A stretch of DNA of 64,000 bases from Vulcanimicrobiota bacterium. Lineage in GTDB: Bacteria > Vulcanimicrobiota > Vulcanimicrobiia > Vulcanimicrobiales > Vulcanimicrobiaceae. How positions within the stretch are numbered: the first letter of the stretch is position 1; each line of letters starts with the position of its first letter. The notes beneath the pieces were generated by a model, which was not told the DNA's origin, made no database searches, and worked only from the letters and a program-made list of their open reading frames with translations. Shown in pieces: positions 45,280 to 54,688 of the stretch. The DNA lies in the NCBI GenBank assembly GCA_963695225.1, contig OY968762.1, positions 896,001-960,000 of the forward strand. The letters are read 5' to 3'. The position numbers were made by a program, and so were the translations under genes.

Positions 45280-46709
45280 TTCACGGCCTCCTCGCGCGTG
45301 GCGGACGGCGCGATCAGATGCCCCATCTTCCGCCGCTTCGTCTCCATGTACCGCTTGTTGTATGGGGTCGGCTCCGTCGAAAGCGGGACGCGCTCGACGA
45401 TCCGCAAGCCGAAGCCTTCGAGCCCGGCGATCTTTTTCGGGTTGTTCGTCATCAAGCGCATCTCGCGCACGCCGAGATCGACGAGCATCTGCGAGCCGAG
45501 TCCGTAGTCGCGCTTGTCGGCCGGAAGGCCGAGCGCGATGTTCGCCTCGACCGTATCGGCGCCGCGATCCTGCAAGGCGTACGCGCGCAGCTTGTTCGCA
45601 AGGCCGATGCCGCGGCCTTCCTGATGCAGGTACAGCAGCACGCCGCGTCCTTCGCGCGCGATCAGCTTGAGCGCGGCGTCGCGCTGCGCCCCGCAATCGC
45701 ACCGCAGGGAGTGCAGCGAATCTCCGGTCAGGCACGACGAGTGCACGCGCACGAGCACGCCTCTTCCGTCGCCGATATCGCCCATGACCATCGCGACGTG
45801 CGTCCCCTCGCCGACCGTCGTCTCGTACGCGATCCCGCGGAACTTGCCGAACTCCGTCGGCAAGTCGAAATCCGCGATGCGCTCGATCAGCTTCTCCGTC
45901 CGCATCCGGTACGCGATGAGATCCTTGACGGTGATCAGGCGCAGATCGTGCTTCTTCGCGAACTCGCGCAGTCGCGGCAAGCGCATCATCGTCCCGTCGT
46001 CGTCCATGATCTCGACGACGACGCTCGCCGGATACAAGCCCGCGAGCCGCGCGAGGTCGACGCCGGCCTCCGTCTGCCCCGCACGCACGAGGACGCCGCC
46101 CTCGCGCGCGCGCAGCGGGAACGTGTGCCCCGGGCGTAGGAAATCGGAGGGCTTCGAGGCCGGATCGAGCAGCATCTGAATCGTCGCAGCGCGATCGTGC
46201 GCCGAGATCCCCGTCGTCGTGCGGCCGCGTCCTTCGACCGAGACCGTGAACGCCGTGCTCAGCGGCGCCGTGTTCTCTTGCACCATGGCGGGGATCTGCA
46301 ATTCGTCGAGCCGCTTGCCGATCAGCGGGACGCAGATCAAGCCGCCCGCCTCCTTGCGCATGAAGTTGATCGCTTCGGGCGTGACCATCTGGGCCGCCAT
46401 CACGAGATCGCCCTCGTTCTCGCGATCCTCGTCGTCGAGGACGACGACCATCTTCCCGGCGCGCGTGTCGGCGATCGCATCCTCGATGTCGTCGAAGATC
46501 TGTTCGTCCGCGGGCGCCTCGCCGAGCGCGCCGGCGAGCTCCGGGAGCGCCTTCGCGAGCGCCTGCACCGTCTTGAACGAGGGCGAGCGCCGGCCGGCGC
46601 GCAGATACGAGATCGCACTCTCGGTCAGCCCGGATTTCGCGGCGAGGTCGGCGGCGGAGATACTCCGGCGATCCATCGCGAGCTGAAGGATTTCGGCAAA
46701 AGCGGTCAC
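45276..46709 (-). CDS. ribBA: XRE-family HTH fused to DHBP synthase/GTP cyclohydrolase II (start GTG 46709 likely; ORF open to 46754)
   Basis: HTH: SAADLAAKSGLTESAISYLRAGRRSPS. RibB: DDEDRENEGD, RAGQTEA. RibA: RVHSSCLTGD..SLRCDCG, QEGRGIG, TNNPKK. Confidence 0.93.
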   Translation of the reverse strand: MTAFAEILQLAMDRRSISAADLAAKSGLTESAISYLRAGRRSPSFKTVQALAKALPELAGALGEAPADEQIFDDIEDAIADTRAGKMVVVLDDEDRENEGDLVMAAQMVTPEAINFMRKEAGGLICVPLIGKRLDELQIPAMVQENTAPLSTAFTVSVEGRGRTTTGISAHDRAATIQMLLDPASKPSDFLRPGHTFPLRAREGGVLVRAGQTEAGVDLARLAGLYPASVVVEIMDDDGTMMRLPRLREFAKKHDLRLITVKDLIAYRMRTEKLIERIADFDLPTEFGKFRGIAYETTVGEGTHVAMVMGDIGDGRGVLVRVHSSCLTGDSLHSLRCDCGAQRDAALKLIAREGRGVLLYLHQEGRGIGLANKLRAYALQDRGADTVEANIALGLPADKRDYGLGSQMLVDLGVREMRLMTNNPKKIAGLEGFGLRIVERVPLSTEPTPYNKRYMETKRRKMGHLIAPSATREEAVK

Positions 46710-46730
46710 GGCAGAAAAACGCACTCCGTC

Positions 46731-46773
46731 TTCACAACTGTCAACTGACTTCACCTAAGTTGACAGTTGCGAA
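46731..46773. promoter_or_regulatory. Inverted repeat CAACTGTCAACT-N11-AGTTGACAGTTG overlapping a TTGACA -35 upstream of ribBA (candidate operator)
   Basis: Perfect 12-bp arms at 46735-46746 and 46758-46769, extending to 16 bp with one mismatch; AT-rich, no U-tract. Confidence 0.7.
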
Positions 46774-47678
46774 TGATTTGCCTGCTCGCTCGGCGTCCCG
46801 CTCGCTCCGAAATGCGCCAGCGTGAAGTCGCGGAAGCGGCGGGCCGCCGCCCCGTAAAAGCCGCCCTCGCGCCAGGCGAGGCCGAGGGCGCGCTCGCAAT
46901 GGGGCGCGCCGACGCGCACCAGCGGCGGATCGGCCAGCCCGGGGCTGGCCGGCGCCGGAAGCAGCGCCACCCCGAGCCCTGCGCTGACAAGGCCCCGGAC
47001 CGTCGCGACCTCCTCCCCTTCGAACGCGATCTTCGGGACGAAGCCGGCCCGGCGGCAAAGGTCGTCGGTGAGCTGACGGATCGAATACGTCGGGCGAAAA
47101 CTGATGAACGGATCGCCGGCGACCTCCTCGAGGCGCGCCTCCCCACGGCCGGCGAGGCGGTGCCCGACCGGGACGACGAGGAAAAGCTCCTCGCGGAACA
47201 ATTCCGTCCAGACGATTCCCTCGGCGCTGGCAGGCGCCGGGGCGAAGCACAGGTCGACGTCCCCCCCGGTGAGCTGCCCGTAGATCGCGTCGGAGGCGTT
47301 CTGCATCAAGCTGAACGTGACGGCCGGGAATGAGGCCCGGAAAGCGCCGATCAGCTCGGGGACGACGTGGACGCCGAGCGTGTGCAGGAAACCGAGCGAG
47401 ACGACGCCCCCTTCGAGCCCGGCCAGGCCGGAAAGTTCGCGCCGGCCCAGCTCGATTTCGTCCAGCGCACGCTCGACGTGCGCCAGGAACGCACGTCCGA
47501 AGCGGTTCAGGCCGATCGTTCGCCCCGGCCGGTCGAATAGTGCGACGCCCAGTTCCTGCTCGAGCCGCGCGATGGCGCGGCTGAGGGAAGGTTGGCTGAC
47601 GCCGAGCGATGCCGCCGCGCGCGTGACGTGCTCCGCTCGCGCGGCCGCCCGGAAATACTCGAGTTGCTGCCATTCCAT
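46755..47678 (-). CDS. LysR-family transcriptional regulator
   Basis: QLEYF...HVTRAAASLGVSQPSLSRAIARLEQELGVALFDR. Confidence 0.93.
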   Translation of the reverse strand: MEWQQLEYFRAAARAEHVTRAAASLGVSQPSLSRAIARLEQELGVALFDRPGRTIGLNRFGRAFLAHVERALDEIELGRRELSGLAGLEGGVVSLGFLHTLGVHVVPELIGAFRASFPAVTFSLMQNASDAIYGQLTGGDVDLCFAPAPASAEGIVWTELFREELFLVVPVGHRLAGRGEARLEEVAGDPFISFRPTYSIRQLTDDLCRRAGFVPKIAFEGEEVATVRGLVSAGLGVALLPAPASPGLADPPLVRVGAPHCERALGLAWREGGFYGAAARRFRDFTLAHFGASGTPSEQANHSQLST

Positions 47679-47699
47679 CTCGATCGCCCCCGGCTGCTC

Positions 47700-47748
47700 A
47701 TGCTCATTTGCTATGGCTACAAACATGATACGGCATTGAAAGGCATGA
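47700..47748 (+). promoter_or_regulatory. LysR-type binding region, copy A (next to the lysR start)
   Basis: ATGCTCATTTGCTAT (T-N11-A)-N18-GCATTG-N6-ATGA. Confidence 0.65.
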
Positions 47749-47788
47749 ATCCGGAGTCTTCCCCGAGCGCGGCGAGAACTCGCGCCGT

Positions 47789-48355
47789 TTAGGCCGCACG
47801 CTTGCAGACGGTCTTGACGTCGAAGACCTTCCCGGCCTTCGTCTTGGCGCGGTATTCCGTCGTCAGCGTTCTTGCCAGCACGGTCACCGTCGCATCGCCG
47901 AAGGACTCGATGTCGCCGGTTCCTTGCAACCCGAGGTCATGCCAGACCCAGGTATTGCCGGTGGGGCCGGGCGAGGTTTTCACCTGATAGTTTCCGTTGC
48001 TGTCGACATAGATGTCGACCCAGTGTTTCCTCCCCGAATCGTACGTGATGAACTCCGTCGAGGACGAGTTGTGCGGAAACCACGGGACCGGATACGTCGT
48101 CCCCGAGTTGAACAGCCACCGGCCTTCGGGATCGAACGCGTACACCGCCATGCCCGTGATCGCCGTCGCGCGCCGCGAGCTCTTCATCGAGCACGACCAC
48201 CCGCCGACCCAGCCCTGCAAAGCGCTAAGATCGGGCCTCGGCGCATCCGGAATCGGCGTCGGAGCCGAACCGGCGGCAGCCGCCGGCGCGGCGCACGCAA
48301 CGGCGCACACGAATCCGGCAAGAGCAAGCAGCCTTCTCAAGAGCATCTCCTCCAC
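47789..48355 (-). CDS. Secreted hypothetical protein, beta-barrel-like
   Basis: Ala-rich signal peptide; PDLS.L...VGGWSC pattern; start at 48355 or 48346. Confidence 0.7.
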   Translation of the reverse strand: MEEMLLRRLLALAGFVCAVACAAPAAAAGSAPTPIPDAPRPDLSALQGWVGGWSCSMKSSRRATAITGMAVYAFDPEGRWLFNSGTTYPVPWFPHNSSSTEFITYDSGRKHWVDIYVDSNGNYQVKTSPGPTGNTWVWHDLGLQGTGDIESFGDATVTVLARTLTTEYRAKTKAGKVFDVKTVCKRAA

Positions 48356-48461
48356 GGTCTAGCGGGCGTCGACGCTTCGGCTCGAGAGCGAAGCCCCCAT
48401 GCCGCTCGCCGCTCGAAGCAGCCGGCTGCGCAGCCCGCTTGCACGAGCGGAGACAGTTGTT

Positions 48462-48528
48462 ATGCTTATTTGCTATAACAATCGACCTCAAACAGCATTG
48501 GACAGTATGAGCCCGCGGGACCTATAGT
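48462..48528 (+). promoter_or_regulatory. LysR-type binding region, copy B, plus sigma70 promoter (TGGACA-N18-TATAGT) of the MFS gene
   Basis: ATGCTTATTTGCTAT-N18-GCATTG-N6-ATGA, same spacing as copy A. Confidence 0.7.
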
Positions 48529-48539
48529 AAGGTGATCCC

Positions 48540-49772
48540 ATGCACGCCTCACCTTCGATCGTGCGAAACGCCGATCTCCGCGCCGTCGGAGCCCTCTGCA
48601 TCGCCGCGGTCGCCGTCTTCGCGGACATGTACGTCACGCAGCCGCTCCTGCCGATCTTCTCCCGGGAATACGGCATCTCGCCCGCGGTCGCGGGCGGCAC
48701 GATCTCGGCGGTGGTCCTGACGATCGCGCTGTTTTCGAGCGCGTACGGTCCGCTCAGCGATGTCCTCGGGCGCAAGCCCGTGATGGTCTGGGGCTGCGCG
48801 CTGCTCGGCCTCTCCACGATCGCCTGCGCGTTCGCGCCGTCGTTTCACCTCCTGCTCGTGCTGCGCGCCGTGCAGGGCGTGCTCGTGCCGGCCGTCTCGG
48901 CCGTCGCGATCGCGTACCTCGGCGAGATGCGCGGCGGACTCGATACGGGGTCCGTCGTCGGCGCCTACATCGGCGCGACGGTGACGGGCGGCTTGCTCGG
49001 CCGCGTCGCGACCGGCGCGATCGTCGACGCCACCTCGTCGTGGCGAGCCGCGTTCATCGTCTTCGGTGCGCTCTCGCTGGTCGCCGCGCTCGCGATGGCG
49101 CTGACGTTGCGCGCGCGGCCCCGGCAGCGGGGCGAGCCGATGCCCGCCGCTTTTGCCGGCGCCTACCGCGCGATGTGGCACCATTTCGCGGACGCCCGGC
49201 TCGTCGGCGCGTTCATCGTCGGAGCGACGCTGTTCTTCGGGTTCATCGGGCTCTTCACGTATCTCCCGTATCTCCTGACGGAGGCGCCTTTCCGGCTCTC
49301 GACCGGGACGGTCGCGTGGTTCTACCTTTCGTATCTCGCCGGGGTCGTGACGGCCCCGCTTGCGGGCCGGCTCTCGGCCCACGTCCCGCGCCGGATGTTG
49401 ATGGCCGCGGGCTTTTCGATCGCGATCGCCGGGATCGCGCTGACGCTGAGCGCATCGCTCTGGACGATCGTCGCGGGAACCGTCGTGCTCTGCGTCGGCA
49501 TGTTCACCGCACAGGCGGTCGCGCCGGCGTTCGTCACGACGACGGCATCGTCGGGGAAGGGGGGCGCGATGGCGCTGTACCAAACGTTCTACTACGTCGG
49601 CGCCGTCTTCGGATCGACGCTCCCCGGCCTCGCGTGGGAGGCTTGGGGTTGGCCGGGCGTCGTCGGGAGCTGCATCGCGAGCCTCGCGATCGGCCTCGCG
49701 GCCGCTTGGGGCCTGTGCACGGGTGCGCGCGACGGAGCGCCGGCCCTACCCGTTCCGAAGAATTCCTTCTAA
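48540..49772 (+). CDS. MFS transporter (YnfM/YybF-like)
   Basis: MYVTQPLLP, GPLSDVLGRK motif A, AYLGE; about 12 TM helices. Confidence 0.9.
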   Translation: MHASPSIVRNADLRAVGALCIAAVAVFADMYVTQPLLPIFSREYGISPAVAGGTISAVVLTIALFSSAYGPLSDVLGRKPVMVWGCALLGLSTIACAFAPSFHLLLVLRAVQGVLVPAVSAVAIAYLGEMRGGLDTGSVVGAYIGATVTGGLLGRVATGAIVDATSSWRAAFIVFGALSLVAALAMALTLRARPRQRGEPMPAAFAGAYRAMWHHFADARLVGAFIVGATLFFGFIGLFTYLPYLLTEAPFRLSTGTVAWFYLSYLAGVVTAPLAGRLSAHVPRRMLMAAGFSIAIAGIALTLSASLWTIVAGTVVLCVGMFTAQAVAPAFVTTTASSGKGGAMALYQTFYYVGAVFGSTLPGLAWEAWGWPGVVGSCIASLAIGLAAAWGLCTGARDGAPALPVPKNSF

Positions 49773-49818
49773 GACAGCGGCTGGTTAGGCAGCTCGTTTT
49801 CAGGGCATCATGATACGC

Positions 49819-50247
49819 ATGAGCCGAGCTTTCATGAAAGAGCGTGAGGACGAGCCCGAGATCCACTTGGGCACGCGAGAAGCCGCGAATTCGCGGCCGA
49901 TCAGCGCCGCGGGCTTGAAGGAGCTAGAGCGGCGGCGCGATGCGGCCGTCGACCCCGAGGAGCGCGCGCTCCTCGAAGCGAGGATCGGTTCGGCGCTGGT
50001 CGTAGGGCCGCCGAAGGATCGCACCGTCGTCGCCTTCGGCGCGACCGTCACGGTAACGGGCGCCTCCAAGAAGGTGCAGCGTTTCACGCTCGTCGGCGAG
50101 GACGAAGTCGATATTCCAAGAGGCCAGATCGGCCTCGCGTCGCCGCTCGCGCGCGCGCTCGTCGGCGCCCGCCTGGGCGACGTCGTGATCTGGCCGCGTC
50201 CGGCGGGGAATAAGACGTTGACGGTGGCCGCGATCGATTACGCGTGA
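49819..50247 (+). CDS. GreA/GreB-family protein with shortened coiled coil
   Basis: MSRAFMKE start; VAFGATV, LVGEDE, SPLARAL. Confidence 0.85.
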   Translation: MSRAFMKEREDEPEIHLGTREAANSRPISAAGLKELERRRDAAVDPEERALLEARIGSALVVGPPKDRTVVAFGATVTVTGASKKVQRFTLVGEDEVDIPRGQIGLASPLARALVGARLGDVVIWPRPAGNKTLTVAAIDYA

Positions 50248-50684
50248 TGCTCCGGCTGCGTTCCGAGGCAGGGCAGTAACGCCGCCCGCAATTCTTCGGG
50301 GATGCGCCGCGGCCGGAGGTTGACGCGATCGACGCAGGCAGTCACGAGGTTCGCTTCCGCCAGCACGCACGCATCGGAGATGCGCCGGAAAACGAAGTGC
50401 AACCGGATCGACGACGCGCCGACGTGCGCGACCGTCGTTTCGATCGCGACTTCGTCGTCGACGAGCGCCGGGTGCTTGAAATCGAAGTGGAGATGGACGC
50501 GCGGTAACTCGAATTCGAAACGGTCGAACATCTCCGCGAACGAGAAGCCGAGTTCGCGATAGAGTTCGGTCTCGCCGTGCTCGAGGAAGTGCACGTACGT
50601 GCCGTAATAGATGATCCCCATCTTGTCGACGTTGCCCCAGCGGACGCGGTCGGCGACCCGGAAGACGCGCGGCTCACCGCTCAA
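50238..50684 (-). CDS. Acyl-CoA thioesterase (YbgC-like)
   Basis: VRWGNVDKMGIIYYGTYVHFLE; coupled to the ribE stop. Confidence 0.85.
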   Translation of the reverse strand: MSGEPRVFRVADRVRWGNVDKMGIIYYGTYVHFLEHGETELYRELGFSFAEMFDRFEFELPRVHLHFDFKHPALVDDEVAIETTVAHVGASSIRLHFVFRRISDACVLAEANLVTACVDRVNLRPRRIPEELRAALLPCLGTQPEHHA

Positions 50685-51283
50685 AGCGCGTAGCTCTCCG
50701 CGGCGGCGCGCGCGTAGCGCGCGATCGGGTCGATCTCGAGATTCACGCGAGCGCCGACGCCCTTCGGGCCGAGCGTCGTGCGCGCGGCCGTCTCCGGGAT
50801 CAGCGCGATATCGAAGCGCGCGCCGCAGACCGCGGCGACCGTGAGGCTGACGCCGTCGACGGCGACGTAGCCTTTCTCGACGATGAACGGCACGAGCGCC
50901 GCCGGCCGTTCGAGCGTCAGCCGGAAGCCCTGGCCTTCGGGCTCCTTCGCCAGGATCGCGGCCGTCGCATCGACGTGCCCGTAGACGAGGTGCCCGCCGA
51001 GCCGGTCGCCGAGGCGCAGCGAGAGCTCGAGATTGACGGGATCCCCTTCGCGCAGCGCGCCGAGTGCGGAGCGCTCGAGCGTCTCGGGGACCACGTCGAA
51101 GGCGACCGTTCGAGCGTCGAACGCGACGACCGTCAGGCAGACGCCGTTGACCGCGATCGAGTCCTTCGCTTCGACGCCCTCCGCGATCGCCTCGGGCGCG
51201 GTGACGACCAAACGCGCGCCGCCGCGCGGGTCGGGGGTAAGGCGCGCCACGGTGCCGCGATGCGCGATCAGGCCGCTGAACAT
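50681..51283 (-). CDS. ribE: Riboflavin synthase alpha chain
   Basis: MFSGLI, SIAVNGVCLTV, GGHLVYGHVD, DGVSLTV, VNLEID. Confidence 0.96.
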   Translation of the reverse strand: MFSGLIAHRGTVARLTPDPRGGARLVVTAPEAIAEGVEAKDSIAVNGVCLTVVAFDARTVAFDVVPETLERSALGALREGDPVNLELSLRLGDRLGGHLVYGHVDATAAILAKEPEGQGFRLTLERPAALVPFIVEKGYVAVDGVSLTVAAVCGARFDIALIPETAARTTLGPKGVGARVNLEIDPIARYARAAAESYAL

Positions 51284-52368
51284 CAGTCGATCCCTTCTAG
51301 AGCCGCCGAGAGGCGGAGATCTTCGCCGAGACGTTCGACGCGGTCGAAGCGCCAACCGCGCGCGGCCTCGCGCAGATCGGCGCCCCGCAGGGCCGGGACC
51401 GCGCGCTCGCTCGCGAGCAAGACGGGCGCGACGAGCCAATCGATGCGGTCGACAAGGCGTAGCGCCAGAAGTCGCCCGGCGAGCGTGGGCCCGCCTTCGC
51501 AGAGTACGCTCGAGATTCCGCGCGCCTTCAAAACGCGCAGCGCCGCCGCGAGATCGAGCCTGAGCGCATCGCCCGCGCCCACGTAAGCGACGTCGGCGTT
51601 CGCTTCGAGCGGCGCGAACGCGGCGCGCGCACCGGCGGGCGCGAGTACGATCGTGCGCGCGTACGTGACGCCCGCGCCCTGCGCCGGATCGAGCAGGACG
51701 CGCCGGTCCGCGGAGATCGGCGCCTCCTCGCAGACGACGACGCGCACGTAGGGGCGCAGCCGCGTGCGCGGCGGACGGACGGTCAATTGGGGATCGTCGC
51801 TGCGCACCGTTCCCGCACCGACCATGACGGCGTCGTAACCCGCGCGCAGTTCGCGCACGTGCTCGCGCGCCGCTTCGCCCGTCAGCCAATGCGACCCGGG
51901 CTCCGGCGCGACGTAGCCGTCGAGCGACGCGGCGAGCTTGAGATGGACGTACGGCCGCCCGTGCGCGATCGCGAAGGCGAACGGCTCTATTCCCGCGCGC
52001 GCCCAGGCATCGCCGGCGAGTTCGACTTCGATTCCGGCCTCGCGCAAGCGCGCGAAGCCGCCGCCCGCCGTCCGCGGGTTCGGGTCGGCGGCGCCTACGA
52101 CGACGCGCGCGATCCCCGCGGCGATCAGCGCCTCGCTGCAGGGCGGCGTCGCGCCGTGATGATTGCACGGTTCGAGCGAGACGTACGCGGTCGCACCGCG
52201 CGCGTCGCCCGCAACGCGCAGCGCCTCGACTTCGGCATGCGCCTCCCCGCGGCGATGGTGGAAGCCTTCGCCGAGCGTCCGCGCATCGCGCACGATGACG
52301 GCACCGACCGCCGGGTTCGGCGCGGTGTTTCCGCGGCCGCGCTCGGCGAGTTCACAGGCGCGGCGCAT
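51283..52368 (-). CDS. ribD: Riboflavin biosynthesis deaminase/reductase (true start may be ~30 nt upstream)
   Basis: TAPNPAVG, HAE, LEPCNHHGATPPC, AASLDG, EGGPTL. Confidence 0.95.
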   Translation of the reverse strand: MRRACELAERGRGNTAPNPAVGAVIVRDARTLGEGFHHRRGEAHAEVEALRVAGDARGATAYVSLEPCNHHGATPPCSEALIAAGIARVVVGAADPNPRTAGGGFARLREAGIEVELAGDAWARAGIEPFAFAIAHGRPYVHLKLAASLDGYVAPEPGSHWLTGEAAREHVRELRAGYDAVMVGAGTVRSDDPQLTVRPPRTRLRPYVRVVVCEEAPISADRRVLLDPAQGAGVTYARTIVLAPAGARAAFAPLEANADVAYVGAGDALRLDLAAALRVLKARGISSVLCEGGPTLAGRLLALRLVDRIDWLVAPVLLASERAVPALRGADLREAARGWRFDRVERLGEDLRLSAALEGID

Positions 52369-52394
52369 ATAGACGCGGTCGAGCGGCGTGAGGG

Positions 52395-52679
52395 TTACGG
52401 CGTCACCTGCACGCCTTTCCAGAATGCAACGCGCCCCGCGATCTGCCTTGCGGCATCCTTCGGCTCGGGATAGAACCAGGCCGCGTCACGATTCTCTTTC
52501 TCTCCGACGACGACGTTGTAGTAGCTCGCGGTCCCCTTCCACGGGCAGACCGTGTGCTTCGCGCTCGGCCGGAAGAACTCGCACGCGATCGCGGTCGCCG
52601 GGAAGTAATGGTTCCCTTCGACGACGACCGTATCGTCGCTCTCCGCGAGCACCGCGCCGTTCCAGATCGCTTTGGGCAT
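52395..52679 (-). CDS. DUF427 protein
   Basis: WNGAVLAES, EGNHYFP, CPWKGTASYY, AAWFYPEP. Confidence 0.92.
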   Translation of the reverse strand: MPKAIWNGAVLAESDDTVVVEGNHYFPATAIACEFFRPSAKHTVCPWKGTASYYNVVVGEKENRDAAWFYPEPKDAARQIAGRVAFWKGVQVTP

Positions 52680-52692
52680 CGGTTCGAATCTC

Positions 52693-53310
52693 CTATAGCG
52701 TGCGGGCGACGACGAGCGCTCCGCGCGGGCGCGCTCCGGCCGCCTCGAGCGCCGAAGCGCAATCCCGCAAGGTCGAGCCGGTCGTCGCGACGTCGTCGAC
52801 CAGCACGACCTCGCGACCTGCGAGCGAAGTTGCGTCCCGGCACGCGTACCGCCCGCGCGCCTCGAGCCGGGCGGCGCGGCCGCGCCCCCGCTGCGCGTCC
52901 GCACCGGTCCGCCTCAGGACCGTGGCGCAAGCGAGCCCGCAGCACCGCCCGATCTCGCGGGCGAGGAAGACGCCGGGATCGTAGCCGCGCTCGAGGCGCC
53001 GGGCGTGCGTCGTCGGGACCGGAACGAGCACGATGTCGGGTTCCAGGGTCGCACCGGCCCGGCCGGCGAGCCTGCGTGCGAGGACGAGCCCGACCGGCCG
53101 GCTCCCGCCTTTGAAGGCGAGCACCGCGGACCGGAGCGCGCCGGCGTACGCGCCGAGCGCGAGCCCCGGAAGGCCGCCCGCCTCGAACTCGAGACCGATG
53201 CCCTGCGCGGCGAAGCACCCTTCGCAGAGCCACGCGCCCCCGGTTTCACACCCGGCGCAGCGCGGCGGATCGAGGACGTCGAGCAATCGTTCGAACGCTG
53301 CGCCGAACAT
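52693..53310 (-). CDS. ComF-family phosphoribosyltransferase
   Basis: CxxC...CxxC, LVPVP, RGY, LVDDVATTGSTL. Confidence 0.9.
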   Translation of the reverse strand: MFGAAFERLLDVLDPPRCAGCETGGAWLCEGCFAAQGIGLEFEAGGLPGLALGAYAGALRSAVLAFKGGSRPVGLVLARRLAGRAGATLEPDIVLVPVPTTHARRLERGYDPGVFLAREIGRCCGLACATVLRRTGADAQRGRGRAARLEARGRYACRDATSLAGREVVLVDDVATTGSTLRDCASALEAAGARPRGALVVARTL

Positions 53311-53378
53311 GGCGCAGGTTCCATCGCGACGGAGCGCGCTCGCAACTAGGGTCGTGAATCAGCCGCGCAGCAGCGCGC

Positions 53379-54668
53379 TCACCTCCACGGTTGGACGAAG
53401 CTCGGGTCTACGACCCCGTCGACGATCTTCGCGAACGACTCGAGCGGGCAGTCGAGCGACGGACAACCCGGGACGTAGACCGGGACGAAATCCGGGCGCG
53501 TGCCGATGCCCGCCCGCATATCGCTCATGCGCTGCGCCGCGAAGAACAGGCGAACGTACGGCGGCGACCCGGCGGGCGTATGGAGCTCGAACGCGAGCGC
53601 ACCGCCCGGCGGCGCGTCGTTGAACGGGCCTTGCGGCGCCAGCCACGAGAGCCGCAGCAAGCCTGCAAGCTGGGAGAGCTGCGTGTCGTGCCCGATCAGG
53701 AAGACGACACGCGCGCCCGCCGGAACCGCGATATCGGGGGACTTGCTCGACGTCGAACCTTGAAGGAGCGTCTGGAGGATGTGCGTGAGGACGTTCGAGC
53801 TGTGAGCTTGCGCCGTGTATGGGTTCTGGCGCACGAGGCGCGACTGCGCGGAGCGCAGCGCGAGAAGGTCCAGCATCGTCCGTGCATCGAGCCTCCCCCA
53901 ACCGGCATCCGGCAAGCCTTCGACGTACCCGAGGTACATGTCGCCCACGGCGCTCTCGGCGAGGTCGAATCCGCCGCTCAGCTCCGCGAGTCCGCCGTCG
54001 CCGGTCGACGCAACCGACGTCTTGATTCCGGCCAGCGGCTTGCACGTTGCGGGCGCGGTACAGCCGAGGACGGCGTTGAGTTCCGCGTACTCGCGCGCGT
54101 AGGTCTGCGTCAACGAGTTCGGATCGCCGCCGAGCGAACCGAGAAGCGAGGCTTTCGAACGGGCGACGTCGACCTGGCCCACGGAAGGATCGAACAGCGT
54201 ATCGGTCTTCGTCGCGGAATGCTCTACGGCGAGCGAGGGGCACTTCGGCGCGAAGCCGTCGAGCAGCGCCCGCCCCGTCGCGAGCGTTCGCTGATCCGTA
54301 TCGGCCCACACGAAGACCGCATCGCGCGCGGGACACCCGGCGGCCCCCGCGGCGAGGCTGCCATAGCGGCGGCGGTATGCTTCGCCGAAGCCGCGCATGA
54401 GCGCCGCGCCGTGCGGAGTGAGGTGTCCCGGCGGAACCTTCCACGCCGGCCACGGCCGGCTCGCGTACGCGTTCAGTTCCCCCGGGTGCGTCGGAGACCG
54501 CACGCCGTGCCGCGTCATCACGACCACCATCGCGAGATCGGCGCCGGCGGCGGCATCGGCGCTGGAGGCGGCGCCGGCGCGCTGCGGACCGTTCGCGAGG
54601 CAGAACGCGACTAACGCGAACGCGAGGCTCGCCGCGGCGAGCGCGCGTAGGGGAAGCGGCGATTTCAT
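53379..54668 (-). CDS. Secreted histidine acid phosphatase/phytase (AppA/Agp-like)
   Basis: Signal peptide; RHGVRSP, DTDQRT, GHDT, PPGGALAFE. Confidence 0.9.
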   Translation of the reverse strand: MKSPLPLRALAAASLAFALVAFCLANGPQRAGAASSADAAAGADLAMVVVMTRHGVRSPTHPGELNAYASRPWPAWKVPPGHLTPHGAALMRGFGEAYRRRYGSLAAGAAGCPARDAVFVWADTDQRTLATGRALLDGFAPKCPSLAVEHSATKTDTLFDPSVGQVDVARSKASLLGSLGGDPNSLTQTYAREYAELNAVLGCTAPATCKPLAGIKTSVASTGDGGLAELSGGFDLAESAVGDMYLGYVEGLPDAGWGRLDARTMLDLLALRSAQSRLVRQNPYTAQAHSSNVLTHILQTLLQGSTSSKSPDIAVPAGARVVFLIGHDTQLSQLAGLLRLSWLAPQGPFNDAPPGGALAFELHTPAGSPPYVRLFFAAQRMSDMRAGIGTRPDFVPVYVPGCPSLDCPLESFAKIVDGVVDPSFVQPWR

Positions 54669-54688
54669 GAGCGTGAGCCCCTCTGGGA

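Noticed and set aside
46710..46780. FMN riboswitch or intrinsic terminator upstream of ribBA
   Set aside because: The region is too short and lacks RFN motifs. The inverted repeat is AT-rich with an 11-nt spacer and no U-tract, so an operator is favoured.
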